A DNA stretch of 62,595 nt, filler included, from Bipalium vagum (lineage: Eukaryota): assembly GCA_037834085.1 (NCBI GenBank). It is 3 parts of 3 records of this genome, joined end to end, with 100 filler letters (N's around TTAATTAATTAA, not from the genome) between each part and the next. Parts side by side here need not be neighbours in the genome. Positions count along the whole stretch, not along the records: positions 1 to 19,343 come from JBBMKC010004831.1; 2 more parts are not named here. One strand, 5' to 3'. The notes under the pieces are model-generated. The model searched no databases. It worked only from the letters and a program-made list of their open reading frames with translations, and had not been told where the DNA came from. A program made the translations under genes and the position numbers. Of this stretch, positions 1 through 11,966 are shown piece after piece. The stretch's first letter is position 1. Each line of letters begins with the position of its first letter.

Positions 1-169
1 CAATGAGTTTTACTCGGTGTGGAATATTATAAACATTCATTTAAATTCCAAGAAATGCTTTATATTATCTAAAAAAATTAAAAAAAATCATTTATATTTT
101 CAATTTCAGATCAATTTTAAATTGGTAAGTCTTTTAGTGGTCGCCCTGTATTAAGAAGATATTTGAAAA

Positions 170-1070
170 TTTCAGAGACTTGGAATTTTTATGATCTTTT
201 GAAGTCTGGAAGACCATCAATTGAAGAATGAAAAATATACAAAACAAGTCAGGTTTATGGAGAAGCACTTGAGATATCTCTAAAAACTGATTCTAATGAA
301 GTTGGATGAAGTTTTAAAGCTCTACAGCATGTAATAAGAAAAAATCTTCAACTGTATCCATACAAGATCCAAAATATCCGTAAGTTACATAACCAAGACT
401 TTACTAAAAAAAATTGGAATGCACGCAAGCAAATGACATTGACAATAATCCATCTTTTTTAAAAAACATAATTTTTACTGTTGAAGCAACCTTTTCCTTA
501 AATGAAGATGTCAACAGGCACAAATTTCGAACTTGGGGCACTGAACCTCCCAAAGGAATTATTCTACAGTGCCAGCCTTATCCAAAAATTAATGTTTGCA
601 TGAATGTTTATGTTCCCTTTTTCTTTTATGATAAAATGGAATGAGAAAATATGTATGCTTAAGCCTGGCATCACGCCACAACTTTGTCACAGTAGTAAAT
701 CTAAAATGGTTTTTCAGCAAAATAAGTGCCTTATAAATAAAATCAGTTCTTATCACTTTTTAAGTGCCTGTTCATTATTCAAGTCATTTTAGCGAAATTT
801 TAAACAGCAATTTTTCAGGAAGATGGATTGGCAGGGATGAACCGTTTTCTTGTGCTACCAATTCACTATACCTAACATCACTTAAATTTTCTTTTGAGGT
901 AATCTTGAGAAAAAGGGGATAGAAGAAAATCAAAAGACATCCAAAAATATGATTCAAAATCGGGGAGGTAAAATATCATCAGATATTTATCAACATGTTA
1001 TGAATGAATTTTATAATTTGATCGCTTACACAATGCCGACAACACCACCATAAAACATTTGACACATTGG
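170..1070 (+). mobile_element. Degenerate Tc1/mariner-superfamily transposase (DUF4817/Tc3-like type)
   Basis: Ordered motif remnants GRPSI, LYPYKIQ, IIFTVEATFSLNEDVNRHKFRTWGTEPP (cf. IIFSDEAxFxLxGxVNRHNxRxW), MVFQQ and FSGRWIGR, broken by stops and frameshifts. Boundaries approximate. Confidence 0.8.
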
Positions 1071-1119
1071 AACGTTAATGAAAAAATTCCAGTCACTTTT
1101 AGTCACTCGCGAAAGGTAG

Positions 1120-1720
1120 CATGATAATAATCCCAGAGAGACAATTGCTGAATTAAATTACCCAATATCCCTGAAAAATAATACTAACCGCTATTCCAAA
1201 CCCAAAGTCTGGAATTGAAAAATCAACCAGACTAAGAAAACCAGCTACTTTCCAAAAATCACAAAAAGCGAACTGTATTAAGTTGATAACACGACCACTT
1301 TAGACTCTTTTACGAATTGATGCATAATGAAATCATACCTACAGTATGCAAAAAAATGGTACTGATGTCAAAAGATTTTTACCAAATGGATAATGTTTGT
1401 CTTCATATTGGTAAAGAAAGTGCAAAAGTTAAATGATAATAAATAAAATAAACTCCAATAGTCATTGTTATGAACCAGCATACTCAATCTCTTGAGTTAA
1501 ACATTAACAATCTATTATGTTTCTTTGAATACTGGATGCCAAAAACTATGTATTGTAGACCAACTTACAAACAAAATTTTTGTTTACTAAAAAAGAAATA
1601 ATAAATTATCTCTTGAACAAGAAGTCTCGTATCGCTAATAATTTTATTTCTTCAAAAGAAGCGGCTGTCAATGTTACTTATAAATGATTAATATTAATAT
1701 TTTTTCTCGTATATATTTGA
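1120..1720 (+). mobile_element. Possible highly decayed non-LTR retrotransposon RT fragment
   Basis: NYPISLKNNTNR resembles the NYRPISL RT motif, and a later LIFFLVYI resembles PLLFxIYI. No intact frame. Confidence 0.3.
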
Positions 1721-2377
1721 AGAATAAAAATTTTCTTGGTTTTTAAACTTTATTCAACATTTTATGGAATGGTGTAAAGCAAATTTTTAAAATATCATAT
1801 AAAGGTTAACCACAAGTAATCTAAATGTTAAACAATATTTAAAATAAAACTAAGAGTTTTTGAGTTAACTGAAATTCAACACATTGAGTTCGATAAAAAA
1901 TAATATCTTCAAATAAGTGTTTTTTCTTTTATTTATGAATCAAATAATATGAGGATATGGAGATAAAGCTTATGCATATACACAAATATATATTTGGTCA
2001 TTCCAAAAGTAATGATACGGTTTTATAGACTAAATATTACATCAATATATTTATTGAAAAATCAAAAATGAAAGAATTATATTATTGACTAAAATGGTTC
2101 TTATTAATAAATTGTTTTCGTTATTTTTAGTCTTATTAAATACATACATTTTATTATATATTATTCTTATCATTCAATATTTACTCTATATAAAATCGTA
2201 TAATTACTTTTGCAATGACCTAATCTATAAGATCGAAACAGGTACCAAAATTGTATAGTAAATAATATGCTGCATTTTCAGAAATGTACACTAAAAACCA
2301 TGTATCTCAAAAATAAAATATTATTGTTCACTATCCATATTTTTTTACAATAAACATGAATATATTATAATAATTAT

Positions 2378-2860
2378 TAGGTTGTCCAGTATAAAATTGT
2401 GGATTTTTTTATATTAATTTTCAAATTAAAGTTAATCATAAACGTTAACAATAAATTTAATAATATACTAACAATAATTTAAAAGAACCAATGACTTATC
2501 ATTGTGATATATAATTAGTAGTAGTAATATTGACTTCTACAGATTAATGAAAAAGAGTGAAAATACAGTAAAAACTTACTGATTGTTATTAATAGTATGA
2601 AAGGAAAATCTTATTGAATAAATTCTGATATCATTTGGTATTATTAATTAAAATTTTATCCTCTGCCTCAACCTTTACTTATCCTACCGAAAAATGGGCA
2701 GATGCAACTGTACATCAAAATGACTATTAATATTATTTCAAAAGAAGTATTTGAAACCAGAACTCTTCGAAGAACGCCAACAGCTTCTTTTATTAAGTGA
2801 ATGACTTCAGATCATTACTTGAAGTAAGTCCGAGCTGTAAGGAAATCTTGGAGGTATCAA
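2378..2860 (-). mobile_element. Mariner remnant (3' part plus TIR-like end)
   Basis: TATTAGGTTGTCCAG mariner-type terminus at about 2376. Minus-strand PPRFPYSSDL (cf. HPPYSPDL) near 2830-2853. Confidence 0.5.
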
Positions 2861-3099
2861 ATTTTATATTTGATCATTAGTAAAAAATTATTATTTTAAT
2901 TATATTATAGAAAAATATTTAAAAATTTGATTTAATAAAACAAACGTTTCTCTAATTAGATAATTATTTAAGAATTTTATTTTATGCTTTTTTTTGAAAA
3001 AGGATTTACGTAATGCTTTATTGGACTCTGGAATGTCCAATTAAGTAAAATGTTTAAATATCAATAAAAAATGAAGCCAATCCTAATTTTTCAGTCAAC

Positions 3100-3463
3100 A
3101 TGAATATTGTAATTAAGCTTCATCTTCTCTCTTTATTCATCAGAGCGATCCGGGGACTGGACCAGTCGATTGCAGTGGAAGAATATTTCGGAAAGTCCAT
3201 GGAACAATGTATAAGTATATACAGAACAAGAAACAAGATTTGTCCTGATTCTTTTCAATGGTTTAATGTCAGAAATATGGAACTGAGAACCAGTGACGTT
3301 AATATCACGATGGACGACTACTGGGGTTGTAATGAGAAATGTTTGAAAGATCCTCATTGTTTTGGCTACAAATTTGAAAGAAGCAAATGTTTATTTTTCG
3401 GGGTTTCCCCATTTTTTAAGATAACCAGTCTATCCTCTATCCATATTTTACTTTGCTGCCCTG
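3100..3463 (+). CDS. Secreted-type PAN/apple-like Cys-rich protein, exon 1
   Basis: ATG 3100 with hydrophobic N-terminus (MNIVIKLHLLSLFIRAIRG). CNEKCLKDPHCFGYKFERSKCLF fits the PAN/apple CxxxCxxxxxCxG(Y/F)x(F/Y)xxxxC pattern. Phase-1 donor G|GTGATT at 3464. Confidence 0.65.
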
Positions 3464-3516
3464 GTGATTTTAGTTATCTATTTCTAAATATTATTTATAT
3501 AAAATACGGGATTCAG

Positions 3517-3695
3517 GAAAATATAAAGACAATAGAAAATTCCAGCTGCAATATAAGCAATACAAAGACAATCTGATTTTCAATTATCATTTAAGCGTGG
3601 AGGAACTCGACAGATTTCTGGAGGACGCTTATAGAACCAATGTCTTCAAAGTCTCATCCAAGGATCTTGAATATTCCAAATATAACTTTATTTGA
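3517..3695 (+). CDS. PAN/apple-like protein, predicted exon 2
   Basis: A 53-nt AT-rich intron 3464-3516 ending TTCAG, the same size class as the ENTR1 short introns, shifts into an open frame GKYKDNRKFQLQYKQYKDNLIFNYHLSVEELDRFLEDAYRTNVFKVSSKDLEYSKYNFI* (TGA 3693-3695). Confidence 0.55.
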
Positions 3696-4180
3696 TTAAA
3701 TTCATTTTTATCCTATAATTCTTTTGATATTATCACTTTATTATTATCTGACATGATTATAATATTATCTTATTATAAATTAAACATATGTATTGATAAT
3801 AACAACAATGATAAAATAAAGAATGTTCCTTAAGATTTTCTACGTTGGGATTTTCTTTCTTTAATTTTTTAGTGTTCCTTCAATCTCTTTACACTTCTAT
3901 ATTTTTTCAACCCTTTTTATGCAATATTATTTATTTTTCGAGTGTAAAACAGAGGTATAATCACGGAAATTGATGAATTTAAATGTATGGGATGTGATAG
4001 AGGCCCAAAAGATTATCAAAAAAGAAAATTTCATTTCTGTTTATTAATTTTATAAATAAGTTTTGAGGGATTTGATTAAGAGGGTATTAATATATTATTA
4101 AACCGTAGTAGTCATAATTGACTTTATTTGTTTATATGTATCAATACATATGAACTATAAATAAATTTTTAAAATATCAA

Positions 4181-4840
4181 ATGTCCAGATACTTGCCAAC
4201 AAAATAGTATTTGCGGGAAATAATCCTTCACTTTTTAAATTCAAAGACAAAAGCTGTTGAATCTCACAGATTATTGTTACAGATGTATGGTGATCATACC
4301 CCATCCATTAAAACCAGGCGGTTTAAAAATGGTGAATTTGAGAAGTGACAGCGTGAAGGAAGGCTGCAAAAGTTCGAGAATTCCAAAAATTTGGATTATT
4401 GGAAGAAAATTCATGACAAACCTAAGAGGAACTTGGAGCATCATTAAGATTAAATCACCAAACCATTTCAGTTTGTTTTAAATCAATGGGAATGATTGAG
4501 AAACAAGAAAATCGGGTACCCCATGATTTGACCTCAGAAACATTGAAAGGCGACTTGTCATGTATCAACATCTGCTTCAACGCAAAATCGAAATGGGTTT
4601 CTGCATCGAATCATCACTAATGATGAAAAGTGGATTCATTTCAACAATAAAAAGCCTAAAAAATCATTATTTCCAGCCAGCCATCAATTACCCTCATCAG
4701 CCAATCCAAATAATCATTGGATCCAAGTTAATGTTGTATATTTGGTGTGATTAGTAAGGTGTATTATACTCTGAGGTGCTGCAGCCGAATGAAAGGATCA
4801 ATGGAAATCGTTATTAACAGCAATTGATTCACTTGATTCA
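4181..4840 (+). mobile_element. Mariner transposase pseudogene, Mos1/mauritiana-like
   Basis: MSRYLPTK*YLREIILHF...AVESHRLL, RVPHDL, FLHRIITNDEKWIHFNN, SKLMLYIWCD. 3' truncated. Confidence 0.9.
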
Positions 4841-5597
4841 AATTTGTTTCCTGCAAAATTAAAATTGACAAAAATTTTCTATCATTTTCTAAGTACAGTA
4901 GAGATCTGGTTGTATTTTTCGAATCTTTGGAATGTGGTTAAGAAGTACCACATTCATGAAATTTCATCTTGGAGAATCACCATCTCTTCAGATGGGTTTT
5001 TTAAAATTTATTTTCTTCATTTTATTTGTCTTGAATGTCGAAACAGCTCAACTTTGATCAGATAACAATTTGCTTAATGGTCATTGAGAAAACTTGGATG
5101 ATTTTCTAATAATTAATTGGGCGCTCTTTCAAGTATTAAAACAAAAAAATATTTTGTTTAAGAGAATTTTAAAAGCCACAATCAAAGAAATTCAAAAGAA
5201 AAGCGTAATTTATATAGAGTCTAACACCAAAAACTCATAGCAGTCAACAGAGGAGTCAACAACCCAGGACAACTGAAACAGAAAAAAGATAGAGAACCAA
5301 AAAAATATTACCTATAAATAATACTGAGATTTACATTTTCTTCAGACGTTCTTCTTCTTCAGGCCTACAATCTTATCAATTTGTTAGCCCTACAATGCGT
5401 TCAATGTATAAATAAATAGAGATGAATAATTCTCTTATAAATATGTCTTAAATATCTTTTCTGTACCGAAAGTATGGGGTCTTGTTAAAAATCTTGTTAT
5501 CTCGTCCGTGTTTTTATTTTACTTTACCGGATATTTCGTTCTAACATCACTTTATAGATTTTTTTCTCCGTTATATTTAATTATTTAAATAATATTC

Positions 5598-6116
5598 AAG
5601 GATCTATTAAATATCACGGCAGGTATATATATATATATATATATATGAAGGAGTTCATGAAATGCCTAAAATACTAAAAACGTTGTGCATATGCTACTAG
5701 ATAAGTATGATTCCTCTAAAAATAAAAGTGAAAGCAATTATTTTAAGGTCCAGAAATTTTTAAGCATTTCAGATAAAGAACATTTTTAATTGGTAAAATC
5801 AAAGAATATTACATTCTCCATTCAATTATACTTGCCCAACGTAATAGTGCAGATTAATGAAACTAAACTAAACCATAATGTGAAATCACATCGCGGACGT
5901 GGTATACGGAAAAAAAGCCAAAATAGTCGTAAGTATAACCAAAACCTGAATTTATAACAACAAAACAGTCTGTTATAAATATAACTTTGTGGATACGGTA
6001 ACAGGCGTTCATACCCAGCATGTAGAATTTATGTTTGGTATTTGAAAAGATTTGTTTTTTAAACATGCCGCCAGATTTAATTGATGTTTTCCTGCCGTCA
6101 TATTTAATAGATCCTT
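5598..6116. mobile_element. Non-autonomous TIR element (MITE-like, about 520 bp)
   Basis: 26-bp inverted repeats with one mismatch: AAGGATCTATTAAATATCACGGCAGG (5598-5623) and CCTGCCGTCATATTTAATAGATCCTT (6091-6116). Internal (TA)n tract; no convincing coding capacity. Confidence 0.75.
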
Positions 6117-7129
6117 TTATTTACTTCGTTTTTATTATTACCGATTAAAGATTTCTTTCCATATTATTTTTTTCATTATTAAAATTATTAATTATTATAA
6201 TTTAATTGATAATTGAAAGCGGAAACCACCAGGAAAATTTCAAGCAACAATTGCTTGATTTCCAAAATTATTCATTTTAAATGTTAAGGTTGTTAATCTG
6301 AAAATTTTTTAATTTTCTAACTAAAAAAAACTGCACATTTAAATGTCCCACAACGGGCATCAAGCAGTGCTGATTTCGATTATATCGCTTTATAAAAAAA
6401 ATTATTAATAATATAAAAATGTTGTAAAACATTATTTCTCAAATTATACAAATAAAGAAAGTTTTTTTTCAAATTGGAACGGTTGAGCCTACAGATAAAA
6501 TATATAATTGATATTTTAAAAGTAACCCATTGAAACCTGTCTGTGGAACGGTGGGGATTATAATTTTTAACTGGTGATATCAGTCTTGATCACTGATAAG
6601 CTCCATAGATTAATCATATATTGATATTATATAGAGATGCCTCATCTTAATCAAGGATAGCAATACACAGATACCAATGAAGGATAATGTAGAAATAAGC
6701 TCAACCTTCAAAATACCAATAATGTTTGATGGACATCGGACTTCAAAAAGTTATGAAGCCTAGAAAATTATGAACCATGAAGGGTTCATTTTATTTATAT
6801 TTAAGATATTTGGTTAAAAAGGAATGCAGATTCATTATTCTAATAAATGACACCGTTTATTACAAATCGAACAGCTTTGAATTTTCGAGAAATTAATGAG
6901 CTTTATTTATTTATATTAATAAAACTAAACATTGAATTGAATTAGTGCAGATTTTATTAATTATTCTTATTCTTTTTAAAAGGTTGGACACCTAAACGAT
7001 ACGATTGAATGACAGTTCTGAAAAATGAATGATTTTGATAAGTCATCTTTCCGAATGCACTTAATAATATTACGTGATGATAATAATAATAATAATTAAT
7101 GATTCCATCATTCCTCAGGCTTAAGGATA

Positions 7130-7800
7130 CTGTAGTCAGTTTATTTCTATTTGCACTTTCATGATCGTAATTCGTATTCAGTTCTAATAAATCAAAGAAC
7201 GTTGATTTGAATATTGTTCAACATTCACTTGTTATATGTAGATAATCCAGTTTCATTCTTATTTAAGCTCATGTCATCCATAATTAACTGTTAATTAATT
7301 CCAATAACAGTTAATTTTTTTGACATAACTTTTTCCTAGACCATAATTGTTACACATACGAACTATCAATGATCACAAAACCCAGTACAATTCATCAAAA
7401 TCTTTATTTCTCCTGTATAATTTTGATATCCCACAAGCTTGCTGTCTTCTGTTTGTTATATTAGACAAATACGAACTAGTTAAAATCTATTTGACCCCAA
7501 TGTATATATTGTTTGTGTTCGATTGTCCCACTAGCAGTTTGGAATAATTATCACGCATTTCGCAAAATTTTCATAATTATCAATAACCACCCACAGTGCA
7601 AGTCGATTGATTCACAATACTCTGTCAGAGATAATATGGGAAATATAATATAATAAATGATTATAACTAAATCGATTACTCTCAACAAAAACCAAATTAA
7701 ACCAAAAAAGAAACTTGAAGAAAAATAGAGCAAATTACTTCCAACTTGAGTTCTTTGTCCTGTTGCACGAAATCTTCTGGCCAGTCAGTAGTTGCTAAAC
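7130..7800 (-). mobile_element. Possible non-LTR retrotransposon RT remnant
   Basis: Minus strand IN*QLIMDDMSL (cf. INHLxYMDDLKL of R2/R4/NeSL-type RTs), with WGQIDF upstream (cf. WIDxxKAFD). Confidence 0.4.
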
Positions 7801-7984
7801 TCGCTATGGATCCGAGTAGAATACATGTAGCACAAAATTAATTCAACTATGGTAAATTTTTAACAGTTAATAGGGATTTATACTTGGTATGGTTTTTATT
7901 CCTAGAGGAATCAATAAATAGTGAAAAATAAATTCAAAGCTTTCAATCAATATTAACATATAACCATATATTAATCTTTCAGGT

Positions 7985-8230
7985 ATTATAGTGTCCCATA
8001 AAAAATGACTGTTATATATCTACATTAAAGGATTTATTTTACAAAATCAAAGGGTACAATGATTCTTAAATTTTTATTTAAATCCTTTATATTTTTCATA
8101 TAGGAAATGAAAACTAACAATTATGTAATTCGTGGACTTTTGCTGTACGAGTTCCAATATAATATCTCAGAAGCGATACGAAATACATGCAAAGCAAAAG
8201 GCGATGGTTCTGGTAAGCGGGCAACAGCCT
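7985..8230 (+). mobile_element. Mariner 5' fragment (TIR, 5' UTR and HTH start)
   Basis: MKTNNYVIRGLLLYEFQ...EAIRNTCKAKG. Clearly similar at DNA level to the reverse complement of about 51540-51740. Confidence 0.8.
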
Positions 8231-8539
8231 TTAACTTAGAGGCTTCAAATTAACGTCAGTATGTCATTTTTTAGACGACTGCGCTTCTATCCGTATCTAA
8301 TATATGATATTTTGGCTTTGGGTTTCTGTATTTTTACAACCTGACAGTTCAGTTTAAAAAAAAGTATTAGAATAAAACAAATAAATCATTACATCACTAG
8401 AATACATTGTATGCAAAGGTAAGTATCAGATTTTAAAATGTAATACCTTAAATTATATTAAACATAAGACTGCAATTTTTTGATACAGTAACATTTATAA
8501 AAATGTAACATTTTTCTACAAAATGACCATTAATTTTAA

Positions 8540-9190
8540 TATTTGTGTATTAACACCAAATAATAACTTTTGGATTGGAGTGAGACAGTGGTATAATTTC
8601 TTTAGGAGAGTCAGTGCCCCAGGTTTGGCAGTTTCAGAAAAAGGTTGCTTCATCAGTGAAAACCTAGTTTTGAAGAAAAGGGATTATTATCGATTTAATT
8701 ATTAGCCTTTCGCGTGTCAAAATTCTTTCATTGGAGTCTGCGTCATGTAACTTATGGATAATTCGCATCTTGTATGGATAAATTTAAGATCTTTCCCTGC
8801 TGTATTGTGTACAGTATAAAAACTATATTAAACGTTCTTAGCAACGCTACTTAGAAATGTCTCATATGCTTCTTCCAGATTTCAAAGATTTATTTCAGAA
8901 TTTTGCAAATAACTTCTTCATTGTCCTCACTGTTGGTATATTTTTCTATTTCGAGTTCTAAAGGCCGTTTAACTAATGTGTCTGAATTCATGTTACGTAT
9001 CAGTAAAACAATTTCGGTAAAACAAAATTCAGCAAAAACGGCCATTTTCATTCAAGAGTCTTTGAGAGACACTACAAGTACAATTGCTTACAATAACAAC
9101 AGGAATTCTGCGAAATTACCCACTCGTATGCCGAGGCTTTGTGGAACTGTCATTAAAAATCATGACAAAATGTAAAATCCTCGGGATATA
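8540..9190 (-). mobile_element. Second copy of the DUF4817/Tc3-like transposon family
   Basis: Minus strand YPYKMRIIHKLHDAD, FTDEATFF, CQTWGTDSPKEII. DNA similarity to 350-600 (TATCCATACAAGAT, TAAGTTACAT, TGGGGCACTGA). Confidence 0.8.
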
Positions 9191-9756
9191 TAGATATATA
9201 TAGAAAGTTTCCTTTCAAAAAAATTACTGAAACTTCATCTTTGTTTACATTAGGAACAAAAGCTGGAGAAAATTCGACTTATTTAAAAATAATTTCAGCA
9301 AAATAGATAAAAGTAGTCCCAAACATTCTTGATGTAACTAAGAATAATTTTTAATTAAATTATTAAAATTATTTAATATCATTACTTAAGTTCCTTTAGC
9401 AAAATTAAAATTATTAATTAAATTAATTAAAATAAAATAAATTTATTTTAAGAAAATATTAGCAATATAATTTTATTTATTTATTTTATTTAAATTTATT
9501 ACACTTTTATTAATAATAAATTTATGAAAAAAATTTGTTCTGATTATTTTTTGTACAGAATTAATTGTAATCTGAAAGCAGATTTCTCAATTTTATGCTA
9601 AGATTTGTTTTGTTTGAGTTCATCCAAAACCTTCGATAGTTACAGTTACAAGTGATTGCAGTCATCTCTCTGTATTGGCTTGAACAATAACGAATCAGTT
9701 CATTTCATATGGAAAATATTTCGCAAAATTAACATATTTTTATTCAGCTTTGTATC

Positions 9757-10103
9757 ATGAACGAGAGTCTTGTGGCACATAGAAGGAAAGAGATATCCTT
9801 TTATTCAACTTCTTTATCATTGGTTTACTGCATTATATCAGTTACAGGAATATTGGGGAATTCCTTGGTAGTCTATGTGATTCTTAAAGACAAGAAGATG
9901 CCACTGTTTCCAACAAATATTTTCATTCTTAATTTGGCTATAGCTGACCTGGTGATCATGTTGATCGGAGTCGAGGAAATAGTTCATCATATCCTGAACC
10001 AAGGCTGGCTTCTAGGCTCTGTGGCTTGTAAAGTGCTACGAGGTACTATGACATCTTGCTTATATGCTTCTGTACTCAATCTTATGGCCGTATGCATTGA
10101 AAG
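9757..10103 (+). CDS. Class A (rhodopsin-like) GPCR, neuropeptide-receptor type, exon 1 (TM1-TM3)
   Basis: GILGNSLVV (TM1), TNIFILNLAIADL (TM2), WLLGSVACK (ECL1/Cys), AVCIER. Phase-2 donor AG|GTATAA at 10104. Confidence 0.93.
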
Positions 10104-10199
10104 GTATAAGTTTTATTTCTTGGATCAAAGATTTCAATGAATAAATTTAATAAATAATTTTTCATTAAGACTAAAAAACATCAGACAGAACATAAATTA

Positions 10200-11250
10200 T
10201 TAATGAAATATAATATTTTTAATATACTATCGACGTTGTATCAGATATGAATGTCAGCAAGGAAAAAGTGCTTTTGCAGAATCTCAATCCATATGTTCTG
10301 TTCTAGGAGAGAAGGGTATTTCGTATAGCACATGTAAATATTGGTATCGTCGATATAAAAACGGAGGTTTTGATGTAAACAATCTACTACGAACTGATGC
10401 TCTACGAATATTGCAACCTGAGAGATTGGAAGAACTACTCTGTGAGAATACTGTCCAAACACAAGAAGAACTTGCGAAACAGCTTAGATTCCATGAAGCT
10501 ACTGTTAACATGCAGTTTATAGAATCGAAAAATTCAGAAGGTTTTAAAAATGATTATTACATGATCTCTCAGAAATAAATTTTTCAATATTTAACACCAT
10601 AGAATTCGCTTCTTGTTAGGAAAAACAAAAAAATTTGTATCAGATCGTTACTGGAGATGAAAAGTAGATTGGCTAAGATAATCCAAAGCGCATTCATTGG
10701 CGGGTAGACCCCGATTTTTTACCGCAAAAGTAAATATTTACAGCAAAAAGATGTTCCTTTGTATCTGGTGGGATATTTATTATGATCTTCTCCAGATTGG
10801 TGAAACCATTAATTCAGAACGTTACAGCAAACAGTTGTTTCAATTAGCTGAAAAATAAAGAAAAAAAGACCCTTTCAGGCTAAGGATCTCATAAGACTAT
10901 CTTTATTCATGACTATCTTCCTGCAAAGCTTACACAGGAGTCGGTTTCACAATTAGGTTGGGAGGTTCTTCCTCGTCCGCCTTATTCCCCGGAGGGCTCC
11001 TACAGATTACCATCTGTTTCGATCAATGCATCATTTTTTAGCAGAAAATCGTTTCAAAAATTTTTCTAAGATTCGCGCATTTGTGAATAATTTCCTTGCT
11101 TTGAAACACAGATCCATCAATTACCTGAAAAATGGGAAAAAGTGATGAACAACAACGGATGTTATTTTGCTGATTGATTTTTGTACATATTTTTTATCAA
11201 AAGATTATTCCGTTATAAATAGACTAATAATTATGAACACAGTCTAATAT
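10200..11250 (+). mobile_element. Near full-length decayed mariner in GPCR intron
   Basis: STCKYWYRRYKNG, IVTGDEK*I, WEVLPRPPYSP, PTDYHLFRSMHHFL, NNGCYF. TIR-like end ...ACAGTCTAATA at about 11250. Confidence 0.9.
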
Positions 11251-11966
11251 AATTTGAAAATATTGAAAGATCAATAAAACAAACAACTCGTTTCATTATT
11301 ATTATTATAATATTATTTTATTACAACGGAGTTCATTGTTAATAAAAGTTTTAGGACTTGAGCTGTATTTTTCAATTTAGATAACAAATAAATAAAATAT
11401 GGAAATGTATATTTTTATTTATCTAAAGATTTATATAGCTTCGATGATATTTAGATTTAGTAATTGCATTATGGTCACAATTATTTTAAAATAGTATCCC
11501 ATATTTAAAACGGTTACCTTCAATTTATTTTGTTACCAACCACTGTTACAATGTTTTAAAATTTAATACTTTTGTTGAGATTTAATTGAATTGCCGTAGG
11601 TAACTGGTTTGTTTTAATATATTATTTTTCAAAATAAAACTTAATTTTTATCTATAACTACTATGAATGTTAAACGACTCTCTTTAGATCCATATATTAG
11701 TTTTTATTGATTGCTAAACATTTTTCTTTAAACTAAGCAAAACTCTCCTGATATTTTATCAAAGTCTTTCAATACAAATCTCTTCACAGAAATCCATGGT
11801 GATGAAAAAAAACAAATACTAGTTCATTAAAAGGTCTAATTTATTAAAAAATAAATCGATAAAATTTTATTTTCGAATGTCAAATGATAAAAAATTTGTT
11901 ATCATATTTGATAAAAATAAGAATTATTACATCAAAGTTGATAATTAACTGACAATTAATATAATA

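Noticed and set aside
5340-5370. Minus-strand CCTGAAGAAG...AACGTC resembling a Penelope-type hammerhead; also CTGAAGAAATCGAAT near 43845-43860
   Set aside because: No GAAA core or closing stems; cannot be supported as a ribozyme.
10104-10140. GPCR ORF continuing ERYKFYFLDQRFQ* as a 3-TM truncated receptor
   Set aside because: This is read-through into the intron. Splicing to 16131 gives a complete 7-TM protein, and the TTG start at 16153 is likewise internal.
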